64,000 nt of DNA from Penicillus capitatus (Eukaryota > Plantae > Chlorophyta), in NCBI GenBank assembly GCA_965649825.1, contig OZ287704.1, positions 914,301-978,300 on the forward strand, written 5' to 3'. The notes under the pieces were generated by a model. It was not told where the DNA came from. It was given only the letters and a program-made list of their open reading frames with translations, and made no database searches. Positions 52,895 through 63,407 of the stretch are shown here, one piece after another (the stretch's first letter is position 1; every line of letters begins with the position of its first letter). A program made the translations under genes and the position numbers.

Positions 52895-53501
52895 TTATTT
52901 TCCGTGGAGAGCTTCAGTGTCCTGCTCTGTGACAGACGGCAGGGCAATTTTCATGCGCCGGTTAGAGACGAGGGGCTGTGTTCCCTTTCTTTTTTTGTTC
53001 CCCTGTTGACAAGTCATCCTTGTATCCACTTAAACAGTTACTTTCTGTTGTGTCTTTATCAAAGGGCAGACAGGACTTAAAACAAGAGTGAGGATTTCCT
53101 CGTGTAGAAAAATATCAGAGAAAATCATGTCATCTCTCCTGATTGTCTTCAGGCTGCTGTCTAAGAGGGGCGATATTGTGCTGTGCTTCCTTTCAGGAGC
53201 AACGAGCCAAGTATCGACAGAGACGGTGATATTCTCGCGAGCGATTCCCTTAGACGTGTCTCTAAAACTCATCCCACGATCAAAGGACCTCCTCACCTTT
53301 ACAGAATGGCCATCGGCGGCTTTTCACGTGACGTGTATACAGAGAAAGCTCTTGCAGAGTCGTTTCAGCGAAGATCCTGCTATGTATCATCGATACTCTC
53401 GGTAGGGTGAGACATGACGTGCGAAAACAGCGTTTGGTGTCAGGTGACGCCTTCCTTGCCCGACCGAACACTGTCGATGGATTCGATGCCCTGGCTGTCA
53501 T
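52895..53501 (-). CDS. Possible small multi-exon gene of unknown function
   Basis: ORF pieces 53280-53501 and 53030-53296 plus a last exon, with good donors (gtgagg, gtaact); I could not make the frames and start fully consistent. Confidence 0.25.
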
Positions 53502-53670
53502 TGACGAGTCGTCGCCATTCTTCCTTGCCTGAATTTATCGCATATCGTAGGGGGGCCAGAAGAACGGCAGCGGTCGCTGAACGTCGCACTCCGACATTGA
53601 GAAATGGACGACACAATATAGAATGCGTGATCAGATGACGTCACCTTGACGTTCTTATGAAGATGAAACC

Positions 53671-54010
53671 TGTTGGGAATCGAATGTAAGAGTGGTTCAG
53701 ACGATAGTCGAGTCCTTGCGCGTTGAGACGACGGAAACGCAATCAGATTTGGTGTGATATGAATAGGAGTTATTACAAGGTGAATTGTCGACCTTATATA
53801 CCCAGGGTGGTTATGGACTTCCTAACCTTACGTCCTAACAGCTGCGAACTCCTAGTGCATGCAGCATAACCATACCCCTTACGTTATGGGGAAGTTAGGT
53901 CGGGAGCCGACATCCGTCGCGACCGATGGTCGGCGCGCCTGGATGGTTATGTGACGGCTCCACCGCTTCCGGTGGTTACACAGATGACAGTTAGAGGTTC
54001 ATTTCCTACA
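53671..54010 (-). repeat. 3' LTR (340 bp)
   Basis: tgttgggaat...atttcctaca; identical by eye to 58575-58914; imperfect terminal inverted repeat (8/10). Confidence 0.98.
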
Positions 54011-54014
54011 GTGA

Positions 54015-54027
54015 CTCCTCCTCACTT
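54015..54027 (-). other. Polypurine tract (AAGTGAGGAGGAG on the minus strand)
   Basis: Purine-rich tract 4 nt before the 3' LTR in element orientation. Confidence 0.75.
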
Positions 54028-54117
54028 AACACGTCACGTCCCGACGTTTAAGTGACACAGAATGAACAAAACACACACACAGGTAAAGGGTAGAACCATT
54101 TGAGCGTTATGAAGACT

Positions 54118-57100
54118 TTATTGGGGAGCGATCCACGGCTTCACGCAGAACTGCGGTACTCTCTTCATACGGCCATCGACCAGAACTCTGCAAGCTCCTT
54201 GGTTACCCCACCACGTCACGACACCTTTCTCGAACGCCGTTTCAAGTTTCCCGTGGTCTTCAAGTCGATAGACGCGGACCTCTTCCCCAGGCTTGATGCG
54301 TGGAAGCGCGGTTTCCGCGGTCCATGACTCGCGGATCTTCTTCGCGGAGTCACGAAAACGCTCGCGACAAAGCGCAAGATCGGTCAGACGGTCTGCAAGG
54401 GCGGTCTGCAAGGGCTCTGCATCCCCTTTGCTCTCGCCGGCTAACAGATTCACTTCAGTGCGGCTTTTCGGCACGACCCCTGTGAGAAGTTCGAGTGGCG
54501 ACAGGAACTTGCCTCGTCGTGCGTTCACAGCAAACGTCGCAGCCGGGAGGTTCTCGTCCCAGCTTCTCGGGTTCTGGCACTTCCTCAGGCGGTCAAGGAC
54601 GAGGCGCTGTACGTTCTCGACTTTGCCATGGCTGCGGGGGTATCGTGGCGTCGACCATCGATGCTCGATCCTGAGATTCTTCACCGTCTCGCTAAAAACA
54701 CCCTGGAACTCCGTCCCGTTGTCCGTCAGGATTCTCTGCGGCACGCCCCAAGCGCAAACGACTTTATTGATAAAGAACTTGAGGGTCTTTGCAGCTCCCA
54801 AGGACGTCAATGCATCTGTTATTACGAATCCTGTGAAGCAGTCGATCGCCGTGACGAATCCTACTGCCTTCCTCGGCGTCGCCGGCAAGCCGACAACCGT
54901 GTCCAACTCGACCAGCTCCCATGGTTCTTCGATGGCAATGGGGATAGTGCTACGGATGGGGGGCTTGGAACCGAACAACTGGCAGGTTTGGCAGGTCTTT
55001 ACGAGGTCTTGTACTTGCTTGCGCATCTTCGGAAACCAGTACCGGTGTCTGACGCGCTGCAGAGTTATTTCAGCGGAGAAGTGTCCGAGGCAATGTTCCT
55101 CGGAGATCACCGCGCGGACTTGGTTCGGCAGCAGACAAAGCTTGCGCCGTCCATCTAAGTCTTCAAAGAAAAGATTGCGCTCACCCCATCGAAATCGACT
55201 GTCCGGTTCGTTGACCGAGGGGAGGATCTCCGCGTACTCGCGGCAGGCTTGGAAAGCGGCAGCAACGTCTTCGGCAACGAGCGCTGGACATTCATCGCAT
55301 TCCTCTTCTTTATTGACTGGTCGAGGTTCCGAATCTTCATCGACCAGGCGACTCAGTCCATCAGCGTTGCGGTGTCTTTCTCCGGGCCTCGTCACAAAAT
55401 GGACGTCGTACTCGGACAAGATGAGCTTCCAACGGGCAATACGACCCGTCAGGTCTGTTTTGCGCAGCATATGTGACAATGCTGCATGGTCGGTTCGAGC
55501 GACCACCTTGCGTCCTAAGACATAGACGCGAAATTTTTTGAGTCCGGCAACCAATGCCAATCCTTCTCGCTCGGTGGCTGAGTATCGTGTCTCAGCATCC
55601 TTTAGGAGTCTGGAGTAGAAGTAGATCGGACGCTCTTCCCCGTCTTGCTCCTGTGACAAAACGGCCCCGATTCCGTAAGCGCTGGCATCCGTGTCGACGA
55701 GAAATGGCAGGTCTTCGTTGACTGCCGCCAAAACCGCTCCGTCGACAAGGAGCTTCTTCAACTCCTCCAGTGCCTTTTGGGCGTCGGGAGTCCACAAGAA
55801 GTCTCGTCGTGTCGAAAGGAGGCTTGACATTGGCGCACTTACGCCCGAAAAGTTCTTCAGGAAGCGGCGATAATAGGAGAACATGCCGTAAAGAGATTGC
55901 AGTTGTTTTCTGTCCGTCGGCGAGGGCATCCTTGAGATTTTCTCAACTTTGGCTTCATCCATTCTCATCCCTTCTGGGCACAGCCGGTGGCCAAGGAAGT
56001 CGACTTCTCGGTAGCCAATAAAGCACTTCTTCGGCTTCAACCTGAGTCCTCCGTCGCGACAACGCGTGAACACACGTCGCAAGTCTTCCACGATACCAGC
56101 TTCATTCTGGTGCGCGCAGCAGACGTCGTCAATAAAGACGCCGACTCGGTCCAGTCCGCCATAGACCTGTTCGACCAAACGAGAGTAGGCAGCCGGACCG
56201 TTTGTTACTCCAAAGGGGAGGACAAGCCAGCAGTAGACACCGAAGCTTGTGGCGAAGGCCGTCTTTAATACGGATTCAGGATGCAGACCAAGGGAATAAT
56301 ATCCGCTGAACCCGTCGAGGGCCGAGTACCACGCGTGACCCATGACGCGGTCCAACAGGTCGTCCGCCCGTGGCAGCACGAACTTGTCTGGAATGGTGGC
56401 GTCGTTGAGGCGCTGGTACGCACAACAGAATCGAAAGGTACCATCTTCCTTCGGCGCGATGGTGATTGGCGAAAGCCAACGATCCTTGCGTTTTGGGCAG
56501 CCATATTTTCTCGCGGCCTCTTCCCACGGGATGATTAGCTGGGCTTCAAGCAGCTCGTCGATTTGTGCCTTGACGAACTCAGTTTCTTTTGGCGCCAGGC
56601 GTCGTGTCCGGCCACAGCGCTTCGCGACTTCTCCTTGACGCAACTCGATTTCAAATTGCATGAGCGGTGTTCTGACCATGTCTTGAAAGGTCAGGGCAAA
56701 ACAGTCTTCGTTTTCCATAATTAACGAGCGGACATTTGAAATCACCTCAGGCTTCAAATCAGGGCTTATGTGAATGTCATCAAACACTTGGTCACTCAGG
56801 GCCATGAAACACTCTTCCTCCGAGTCATCATCACTGCAGAGGGCGCGCATTTGCTCGAGCAACTCCTCCAGATCCGCCTCCATGTCAGATTCGCTCTGAG
56901 CTTCGGACACGTCGTCTGCGACCGGTTCCGGTTGAATGAAGATCTTCCGTCCCTTGGGAAGAACCGTTATGCGCTTTGCGAGGCCAATGGTGTAGGTGCC
57001 GTCTTCGAAATTGGCTCGGGCGCGAACGGCGCGCAGCCAATCCATGCCCAACAAAACGTCATAAGAGTTCCTGGCGTTCAGGACGTTGAACGCCTGTTGC

Positions 57101-58521
57101 ACGGCAACACCTCCGACGTCGGCCCGTACTTCTTCCGTGCGACCCAATGGCTTCTGCATGGTCCCATCTGCCAGGAGGAGGTTACCTCGGCTTGGTGTTG
57201 CAAAGCGAATGCGTTCGCGCTTTGCGAAGTTACTGTCGAGGATAGACTGAGTCGAGCCGGGGTCAATAATTACTTTGTTAGCAAACCGACAGGCGACAAA
57301 CACCTTGCAACGGTTCTCTTCCGGTTTCCCTTGTCGAGCAAGGGCCACTTGTTGCTCTGGTTCTGGTACTTGTCTTGGGGCGACTTCGGGCTCCATTTCT
57401 ACGTCGACTTGTGGTAGCGCAGAAGCCGAGGGTTGGTTTGCACTGGCCTTCTGCTTCCTTGGCTTTGGCGTGAAACCGAACGCATCTCTCAGCGCCAGTA
57501 TCACCTGCGAGTACACTTCGCGCTTGCTGCGTCCTTTCAGGAAACGCAGAGGAATGGCCCATGCTTGCGCAGCATAGTCCGCCCATTCACGGTCAAGTTC
57601 AGGTTTCTTGCGCGGCTTTCGCGCTTTCTTTCCTGGCGCGCCTCGGCGCCGTTTGCTGGGTTGGTTTTCTTCTTCGTCCGCCATCCTGGCGGCAGTCTCG
57701 CTGTCTTCGTCTTCAGACATCGACTCCACGAAGCGGGAAGCATTCGCTTCTGCGCGTCTTGCGCGTCGCTTCTCCTGCTTTTTCGCAAGCAGGCTTGTGA
57801 GTCCGGTTATGAGTTGGCGAAGTTCTTCGTCTTCTGAATCATCCGCTGCCGGTTCCTCAGCAACGACGGTTGTCGTTTTTCGCCCTGACTTCGCAAGGCG
57901 ACGGGCTCCATGCTCCCTGAGGACCGTCTGGCGGTTTGTGTTTTCTGGTCTGGGTTCTGGTTCGTCTTCTTCTTCGTCGGTCTCCTCGTACCCTCGGACA
58001 TTCTTGCGCGCCTCCGTTGCGTACTTGGCATAGCGAACGGCATACTCAAAAGTCGGCGCGTTGTTGCTTGCAGCGAGCCGAGTGAACGCGTACTCTGCTG
58101 CGCGGTCATTTTGGAGGCCCCTCAGCCAGTACTTGTAGTAATCGTCCGGGTCGACGGCAGGCTGAGCTCTAGAACACATCAAGGCGAAGCGCTCAGCGTA
58201 CGCGACCAAGGATTCTCGTCGCTTCTGGAAGATGTGTCTGAGCTGGTCTCTGGCGCGGTCAGGGTCCTGGTCGCGAACAAAACGGTCAGTCAACAGTTGA
58301 CTCCATTCAGCCCAATCGATATCCAGATGGGCGTCGGCGTCATGGTGCAGTTCCGCCCAATCCGCAGCTGGTCCGTCAAGCAACGCGACTGCAATTTCGG
58401 CTCGCGTTCCGGGCTGGTCCTCTATTTGCTGCAGGCGGAAGAGCGAGGTCATCTTGCTGACCCATCTCCTAGGGTCAGTGCGTCCATCGTAACGCGGAAA
58501 AGAGATCGACTCAATGCGCAT
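54118..58521 (-). CDS. Gag-Pol polyprotein (1467 aa, one frame)
   Basis: Gag (FPRYDG..DPRRW), protease IIDPGS, RT (DGTFRFCCAYQRLN, LPFGVTNGPA, FIDD), RNase H (DTDASAYGIG, EGLALV, TDH, ADGLSR), integrase HHCC plus D,D(35)E (LDTV, TDNG, KVENV). No CCHC knuckle or chromodomain seen. Confidence 0.98.
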   Translation of the reverse strand: MRIESISFPRYDGRTDPRRWVSKMTSLFRLQQIEDQPGTRAEIAVALLDGPAADWAELHHDADAHLDIDWAEWSQLLTDRFVRDQDPDRARDQLRHIFQKRRESLVAYAERFALMCSRAQPAVDPDDYYKYWLRGLQNDRAAEYAFTRLAASNNAPTFEYAVRYAKYATEARKNVRGYEETDEEEDEPEPRPENTNRQTVLREHGARRLAKSGRKTTTVVAEEPAADDSEDEELRQLITGLTSLLAKKQEKRRARRAEANASRFVESMSEDEDSETAARMADEEENQPSKRRRGAPGKKARKPRKKPELDREWADYAAQAWAIPLRFLKGRSKREVYSQVILALRDAFGFTPKPRKQKASANQPSASALPQVDVEMEPEVAPRQVPEPEQQVALARQGKPEENRCKVFVACRFANKVIIDPGSTQSILDSNFAKRERIRFATPSRGNLLLADGTMQKPLGRTEEVRADVGGVAVQQAFNVLNARNSYDVLLGMDWLRAVRARANFEDGTYTIGLAKRITVLPKGRKIFIQPEPVADDVSEAQSESDMEADLEELLEQMRALCSDDDSEEECFMALSDQVFDDIHISPDLKPEVISNVRSLIMENEDCFALTFQDMVRTPLMQFEIELRQGEVAKRCGRTRRLAPKETEFVKAQIDELLEAQLIIPWEEAARKYGCPKRKDRWLSPITIAPKEDGTFRFCCAYQRLNDATIPDKFVLPRADDLLDRVMGHAWYSALDGFSGYYSLGLHPESVLKTAFATSFGVYCWLVLPFGVTNGPAAYSRLVEQVYGGLDRVGVFIDDVCCAHQNEAGIVEDLRRVFTRCRDGGLRLKPKKCFIGYREVDFLGHRLCPEGMRMDEAKVEKISRMPSPTDRKQLQSLYGMFSYYRRFLKNFSGVSAPMSSLLSTRRDFLWTPDAQKALEELKKLLVDGAVLAAVNEDLPFLVDTDASAYGIGAVLSQEQDGEERPIYFYSRLLKDAETRYSATEREGLALVAGLKKFRVYVLGRKVVARTDHAALSHMLRKTDLTGRIARWKLILSEYDVHFVTRPGERHRNADGLSRLVDEDSEPRPVNKEEECDECPALVAEDVAAAFQACREYAEILPSVNEPDSRFRWGERNLFFEDLDGRRKLCLLPNQVRAVISEEHCLGHFSAEITLQRVRHRYWFPKMRKQVQDLVKTCQTCQLFGSKPPIRSTIPIAIEEPWELVELDTVVGLPATPRKAVGFVTAIDCFTGFVITDALTSLGAAKTLKFFINKVVCAWGVPQRILTDNGTEFQGVFSETVKNLRIEHRWSTPRYPRSHGKVENVQRLVLDRLRKCQNPRSWDENLPAATFAVNARRGKFLSPLELLTGVVPKSRTEVNLLAGESKGDAEPLQTALADRLTDLALCRERFRDSAKKIRESWTAETALPRIKPGEEVRVYRLEDHGKLETAFEKGVVTWWGNQGACRVLVDGRMKRVPQFCVKPWIAPQ

Positions 58522-58556
58522 GGCTTGTCAGAGACGATAGAAAACGCTCGACAGTG

Positions 58557-58572
58557 CCCCGGAGGTCCACCA
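58557..58572 (-). other. Primer-binding site, complementary to a tRNA 3' end CCCCGGAGGTCCACCA (tRNA-Ala-like)
   Basis: TGGTGGACCTCCGGGG starts 2 nt inside the 5' LTR boundary; the implied tRNA ends U70-C71-C72-A73-CCA. Confidence 0.75.
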
Positions 58573-58574
58573 GA

Positions 58575-58914
58575 TGTTGGGAATCGAATGTAAGAGTGGT
58601 TCAGACGATAGTCGAGTCCTTGCGCGTTGAGACGACGGAAACGCAATCAGATTTGGTGTGATATGAATAGGAGTTATTACAAGGTGAATTGTCGACCTTA
58701 TATACCCAGGGTGGTTATGGACTTCCTAACCTTACGTCCTAACAGCTGCGAACTCCTAGTGCATGCAGCATAACCATACCCCTTACGTTATGGGGAAGTT
58801 AGGTCGGGAGCCGACATCCGTCGCGACCGATGGTCGGCGCGCCTGGATGGTTATGTGACGGCTCCACCGCTTCCGGTGGTTACACAGATGACAGTTAGAG
58901 GTTCATTTCCTACA
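58575..58914 (-). repeat. 5' LTR (340 bp)
   Basis: Copy of 53671-54010; contains palindromic TATATA at 58699-58704. Confidence 0.98.
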
Positions 58915-59674
58915 AAACCGGTAGCGACAAAGGGAGGAGGTACCACTCGCAACGGGCAGGCCATTTGGCCGTGCACTCGGACGTGGACTGTTCACGCACG
59001 TACACGGACATCGTGTTGGCGACGTGGGTCAGCCTTAGGGACAGTGATGTGTTGAGTACGAGTGCATCGTGTCAGGAAATCGACGCGTTTGCTGCGGCAA
59101 TGTCACAGACGGAGCGGAAACAACGGTGAGTATCCTATCCCCCGTCCAGAGAATAATGATCCAATGAGACAGAGTTTTCCGGGAAAGGGTGGTCTGCGAT
59201 ATGAGAAGCTTTTGTTGGGCATTGCCGATTCGAACCCATACTTATCGGAAGGGTCACGTCAGGCAAAGATCCCCTCTGATGGTTCTGAATGGACGAGACG
59301 TGCTCCTTCAGGCCCTGACGACAATCGCCAAATTGGCAACGAATTATCAAAGTAAATTGACCATCGTGGTGATCGATGAAGCAAGCAAAGAGAAAGAGGA
59401 TGTTCGATTCGATACCATGACCAAGTCACAATCTCACTCTTCTGTCACATCACACCTGAGATCACGTTGCAGGGAACTGCACAGTATGGGATGTACAGAT
59501 TTCAGTGTCTTCACCAAGGATCGTTCTCAGCAGCCATCTGTTACCTTGGGCGACGTAGCTGACGAAATTGAAGCAGACTTGATGGTGTTGAGTTCCGATG
59601 CTGTGCATGAGAAGAGTGTCGATGCCAATCTCTTGGCAGAGTTCATGCCGTGTCCTGTTTTGATTTTGCCCTGA
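58888..59674 (+). CDS. Universal-stress-protein-like (adenine nucleotide alpha hydrolase fold) plastid protein; original start apparently separated by the retrotransposon
   Basis: LLLGIADSNPYLSEGSRQ|ALTTIAKLA..KLTIVVIDE..LGDVADEIEADLMVLSSDAVHEKSVDANLLAEFMPCPVLILP*, resembling a conserved plant plastid USP-like family; upstream transit-like exons; GC-AG intron at 59263-59311. Confidence 0.85.
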
Positions 59675-59757
59675 ATTTTGAGACAGAGGTCGTCACACTT
59701 GCTTTTTTCGTTACAGTTGCGTACAGGAGCCCCATGGTTAACGAATGAGCATTTCTG

Positions 59758-62700
59758 TTAGCTCAAATGAAATCCAGTTTTGGAGGAGATAGCGTAGAGA
59801 AGCTTTTGTTTCATGGCCTCCTTTGAGGCATAGGGTGGCAACTTCAGTAAATTCACACATGTGGCGCTCGTTGGCAATCTCCCCGTTGCATGATCGTTCA
59901 AGACATTCCCTGCCATTTGGATGCACATCCTCGGCTGCAACTGCTCGAATCCAAGGAGGGGTGCCCGCGAGCATCCGGTGACAAACTTGAGGAAATGTCT
60001 CTGCTCTTCAGCAGTGAGACCTTCAAGAATTTCCCAGAAAGAAATGATGACAGGGTGCTCTTCGTGATAGCCTCCGGCATAATGGGCAAAGCGTCTCATA
60101 TTGGATATGTCCAATCCTTGAGAAGAGCCCGAAATCAGCATTCTTAGCTCCATGGCATTAAACATCTGCACCCATTCTCGGTGAATCACATCGAAAAAGC
60201 CACAGAGAAAGGCATTGGACGTGGCGCTGACTTCCCTATTGAGTCGGTAATCGGCAAAACGGTGGGTGTAGTTCACGACATTCTGCTGCGTGACCAGGGT
60301 CTGAGCTCCATTTGGCTGCAATTCAATCTCTGCGTTTTGACCGTAGACGTTGTCTGTGATGGTGAAATGTAGACCCAGGGCATCCAGATTCTCCTGGCGC
60401 CGAAGCTGCATGAGATTCGTATAGACATCGAGGTCCAAACTTGGCAAGTCATGCAAATCACACAACTGTCCTCGGAACTTCTTCAGAAAGAAATGTGCAA
60501 AGGGCAGCTCCAGAAGAATGCCATCGTACACCGCCTTCCCTATGAACAGCCTTTGTCAATCGTCGGATGTGACAGCAGATAACAGTACCCATCATGCGTC
60601 CCAGGAAATTGATGATCTGCAATGCTCTGGGCTGAAGAACGACGGCAGACGGATTGGGATAGAGCTCTTGCTGTTCAGTTGCGGCAAAGAATCCATAGTC
60701 TGAGTCGAAGCCCTTCTTGGCAAGCTCCTCAATGAAATCCTTGAACAGACCGCCGCCATCCACGCCGGCTTCCACCATCCCATGCTCATCCACGAATTCA
60801 ACCCGCAACCGGCCTTTTAGATCTGCCCCTTTCAGATTCCCCAGTGCCTCGAAGCCGTCTTCCAGGAGTAGCAGACGACGGACGTTTGCATGGACAGGTG
60901 GAGCAGAAAAGCCCATGTTGGCTGACTGGAATCGTTTTTTGTCTGCATCGATGTGGGATTGAAAGATCCTTGCTCGGTCTCGAAAAGGGATCAGGCAGGA
61001 GGCGTGGTTGAGCAGCACGGGAGCACGGTGATTCACGGCCGGCATTTCTTCGTCCTCATCTGGATGGATGGGCTGAGACGACGCTTCCTTCACAAACTGA
61101 CTCAATTGTGCACTCTGGATTTGGAAATGCTCGGATGGAACCAAGTCCCATCGAGTTAAGTTATCGTGCAATTGCACCAGCAATCTTCCGCAGATTCTGG
61201 GAAACTGTGACATCATTGTCGAATGCAACGTGTGACTGTCGGTCGTGGAAGGCCCAGGTGTTCGGATCCATCCCACACACCACATGCATTTCTTCAAAAC
61301 GGTGATGAGTCCTTTCTCGGGGCACATTGGATCATATATCTCTTGTAGCGTTAACGGAATCTGTTGCTGAGTAATGTCTTCTTTGGTGGCGACGCTGAGA
61401 AAGGCGCTGTAGATTTGACAGATGACTAAGATAGGTGCCAAGAGACTGTCGACGAGGGGCGGTTCTGGAAAAGCCAGCCTCGATACAGTCCATGACCTTT
61501 GGATACACTGACGCCATAATCGCTCAATCAGTCTGGCAGAAAGGGCGAAGGACAGAATCATTCCATTCAGTTGATTGGCATTCTTTGCTGTACAGATCAT
61601 GAAATACAGCAACTCGCAGAAAGACGATGCTGTCTGCCCGTCCAATTCTCCATCGGAGAAGAGCGCCTCTGTCAAAGATCGGATCAAAAACTGGTCTTGA
61701 CTCCCGTGCAGTTTCTCAACAGCTCCTTGCAGATGGACTGACGGTCGGAACCGCGGAAATACGTGCTGCGAAGCAGAAAGCCATTCATCACTGGCCATTT
61801 CGTTTTCATCATCATGCTCTACGACGTGGAGGTCTTGTTGAATCACCCAAATCATGAAGCGACTCATCCACACGGCCAGAGAACGCAACTGAGCAGGACT
61901 GTTCTCCAGTCTACGAGACAGAGATTTCGGCAGGAGGTCAAGGAGATTGACGAAAACTGTCAAACAGGACTGGTTAAAATCGCCAGTCGCCATGTCTATT
62001 CTGGTCGCAACAGCTGCCGGATTCTGGATGGACAGAATCTGCTCGATAAAAGGCAGAAAATGCAGTAATATGGGTTGCGCTTGAGGGATAAGCGACGGAC
62101 AGAAGGATGACAGAGACGGCAAAGCCAATAATCGAAAGGCGCCCAAAGCCGATATCCATCTCCCCTGTGCCACGCGTGCGACAAGATCCAACGTCGTTGT
62201 CACCATTCGCTCCAACAGTGTTCCTTGTATGGAGCTGCAGAGTTTTGCATCAAGCGCCCTTTGCAATACTCGAGCGAGTATCGAGAGGATGGCCCTCCGC
62301 ATGAGATGCTCTGCCAAGCTCAATCTCCTGCCGTCACTGCTCTCGAGAGATTGATTTCTCCCGTGGGTACACAGCACCGTCATCATGAACCATACGATGC
62401 TTCCTCCGTCATTCGACTCTCTTGAGGCGGCATCTCCCGGAGGTCGCAGTAGACACGGGAAATCAATTAGACGATGTTCTAAGATCCGAAAACCCTTCTC
62501 TACGGCCATTGCTATTAAATCCAAAAACCCGTCCCGGAAGCTTCTTCTGATTTCTTCCGCTGTCGGAACAACCCTAGTCACAACGGAAAGGCTATGAGCA
62601 TCGGATGTTACGTTCGTTCTGGACGATGGAGATCAAGACATGACACACGACGGCGAAGCAAGAAATGTCATCGGATGATCCCACGTCGATGAAGAAGACG

Positions 62701-63038
62701 ATTCTCGAAACGTGATTCCATGTGAAGCTCCCTCGATGAAAACCCTCTCCTCTGCTGCCAAATTCTTCATACCATTGTCGACGGAGTTCGTTCCGGAAAT
62801 TGCGACGGAATAGCCGCGACCGATATGCATTCTACGTAGTGCTTTGCGTCTTTTTCTGCCTTCTGTCCGAAACGCATACCTGAATCTTTATGGCTGAGGC
62901 ATTCTCCAACTGTAGCCTTCTTCGCGTTTCTCTCTCGCGTTTGAGACGCGCTAGTGTCTCTTCGCGTGATGCTTCTTTCCGACTGCGTCCGCCCAAATGG
63001 ACGGGTCGTTTCGATCGGTGGTCACCGGGAAACATCAT
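59758..63038 (-). CDS. UPL6: HECT E3 ubiquitin ligase, UPL6/UBE3C-like
   Basis: MMFPGDHRSKRPVHLGGRSRKE plus IQ motif; HECT EAGVDGGGLFKDF, FLKFVTGCSRAPLLGF, catalytic RLPTSATCVNLLKLP. Confidence 0.93.
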
Positions 63039-63407
63039 GGTGGTTGTAATGAAGACGAAGCTCCGTGCGTTCGTGCTGTATTTTGCTTCTCATTTACAGA
63101 CTATGTACGTCATGCAGCGAATGACCAGCCAATGATTATTGCAAACACCAGAAGCAAAAAACAAAACGGATTACCTTCGAGGGCAACAGAACATTTGATC
63201 TTCTTGTTCTTTATCTCTCTTACGATTATCATTTCAGAGATCCATTTCTTAGGAATTCGCTCGAGATGAGTCTCGTCTTGTAGATAAGAGATCGATGGAT
63301 TCACCGGCAATCTCCTATACCGAAAGTTTCTTTACTGTTACTTCTCACTGGAGCAGCGAGACCATGTCGTTAAGCCTGTGAATAGATCTTAGTCTACTCT
63401 TTGGCAT

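Larger units (their letters stand above)
53671..58914 (-). mobile_element. Intact Ty3/Gypsy LTR retrotransposon (5244 bp)
   Basis: Two 340-bp direct LTRs (TG...CA), 5-bp TSD AAACC at 53666-53670 and 58915-58919, PBS, PPT, and a single gag-pol ORF with PR-RT-RH-IN order. Confidence 0.98.

Noticed and set aside
54293-55525. 410-aa plus-strand ORF (and 57910-58593, 56770-57417) within the retrotransposon
   Set aside because: Antisense shadows of GC-rich pol/gag; Arg/Ser-rich with no motifs; no evidence for an extra or antisense gene.
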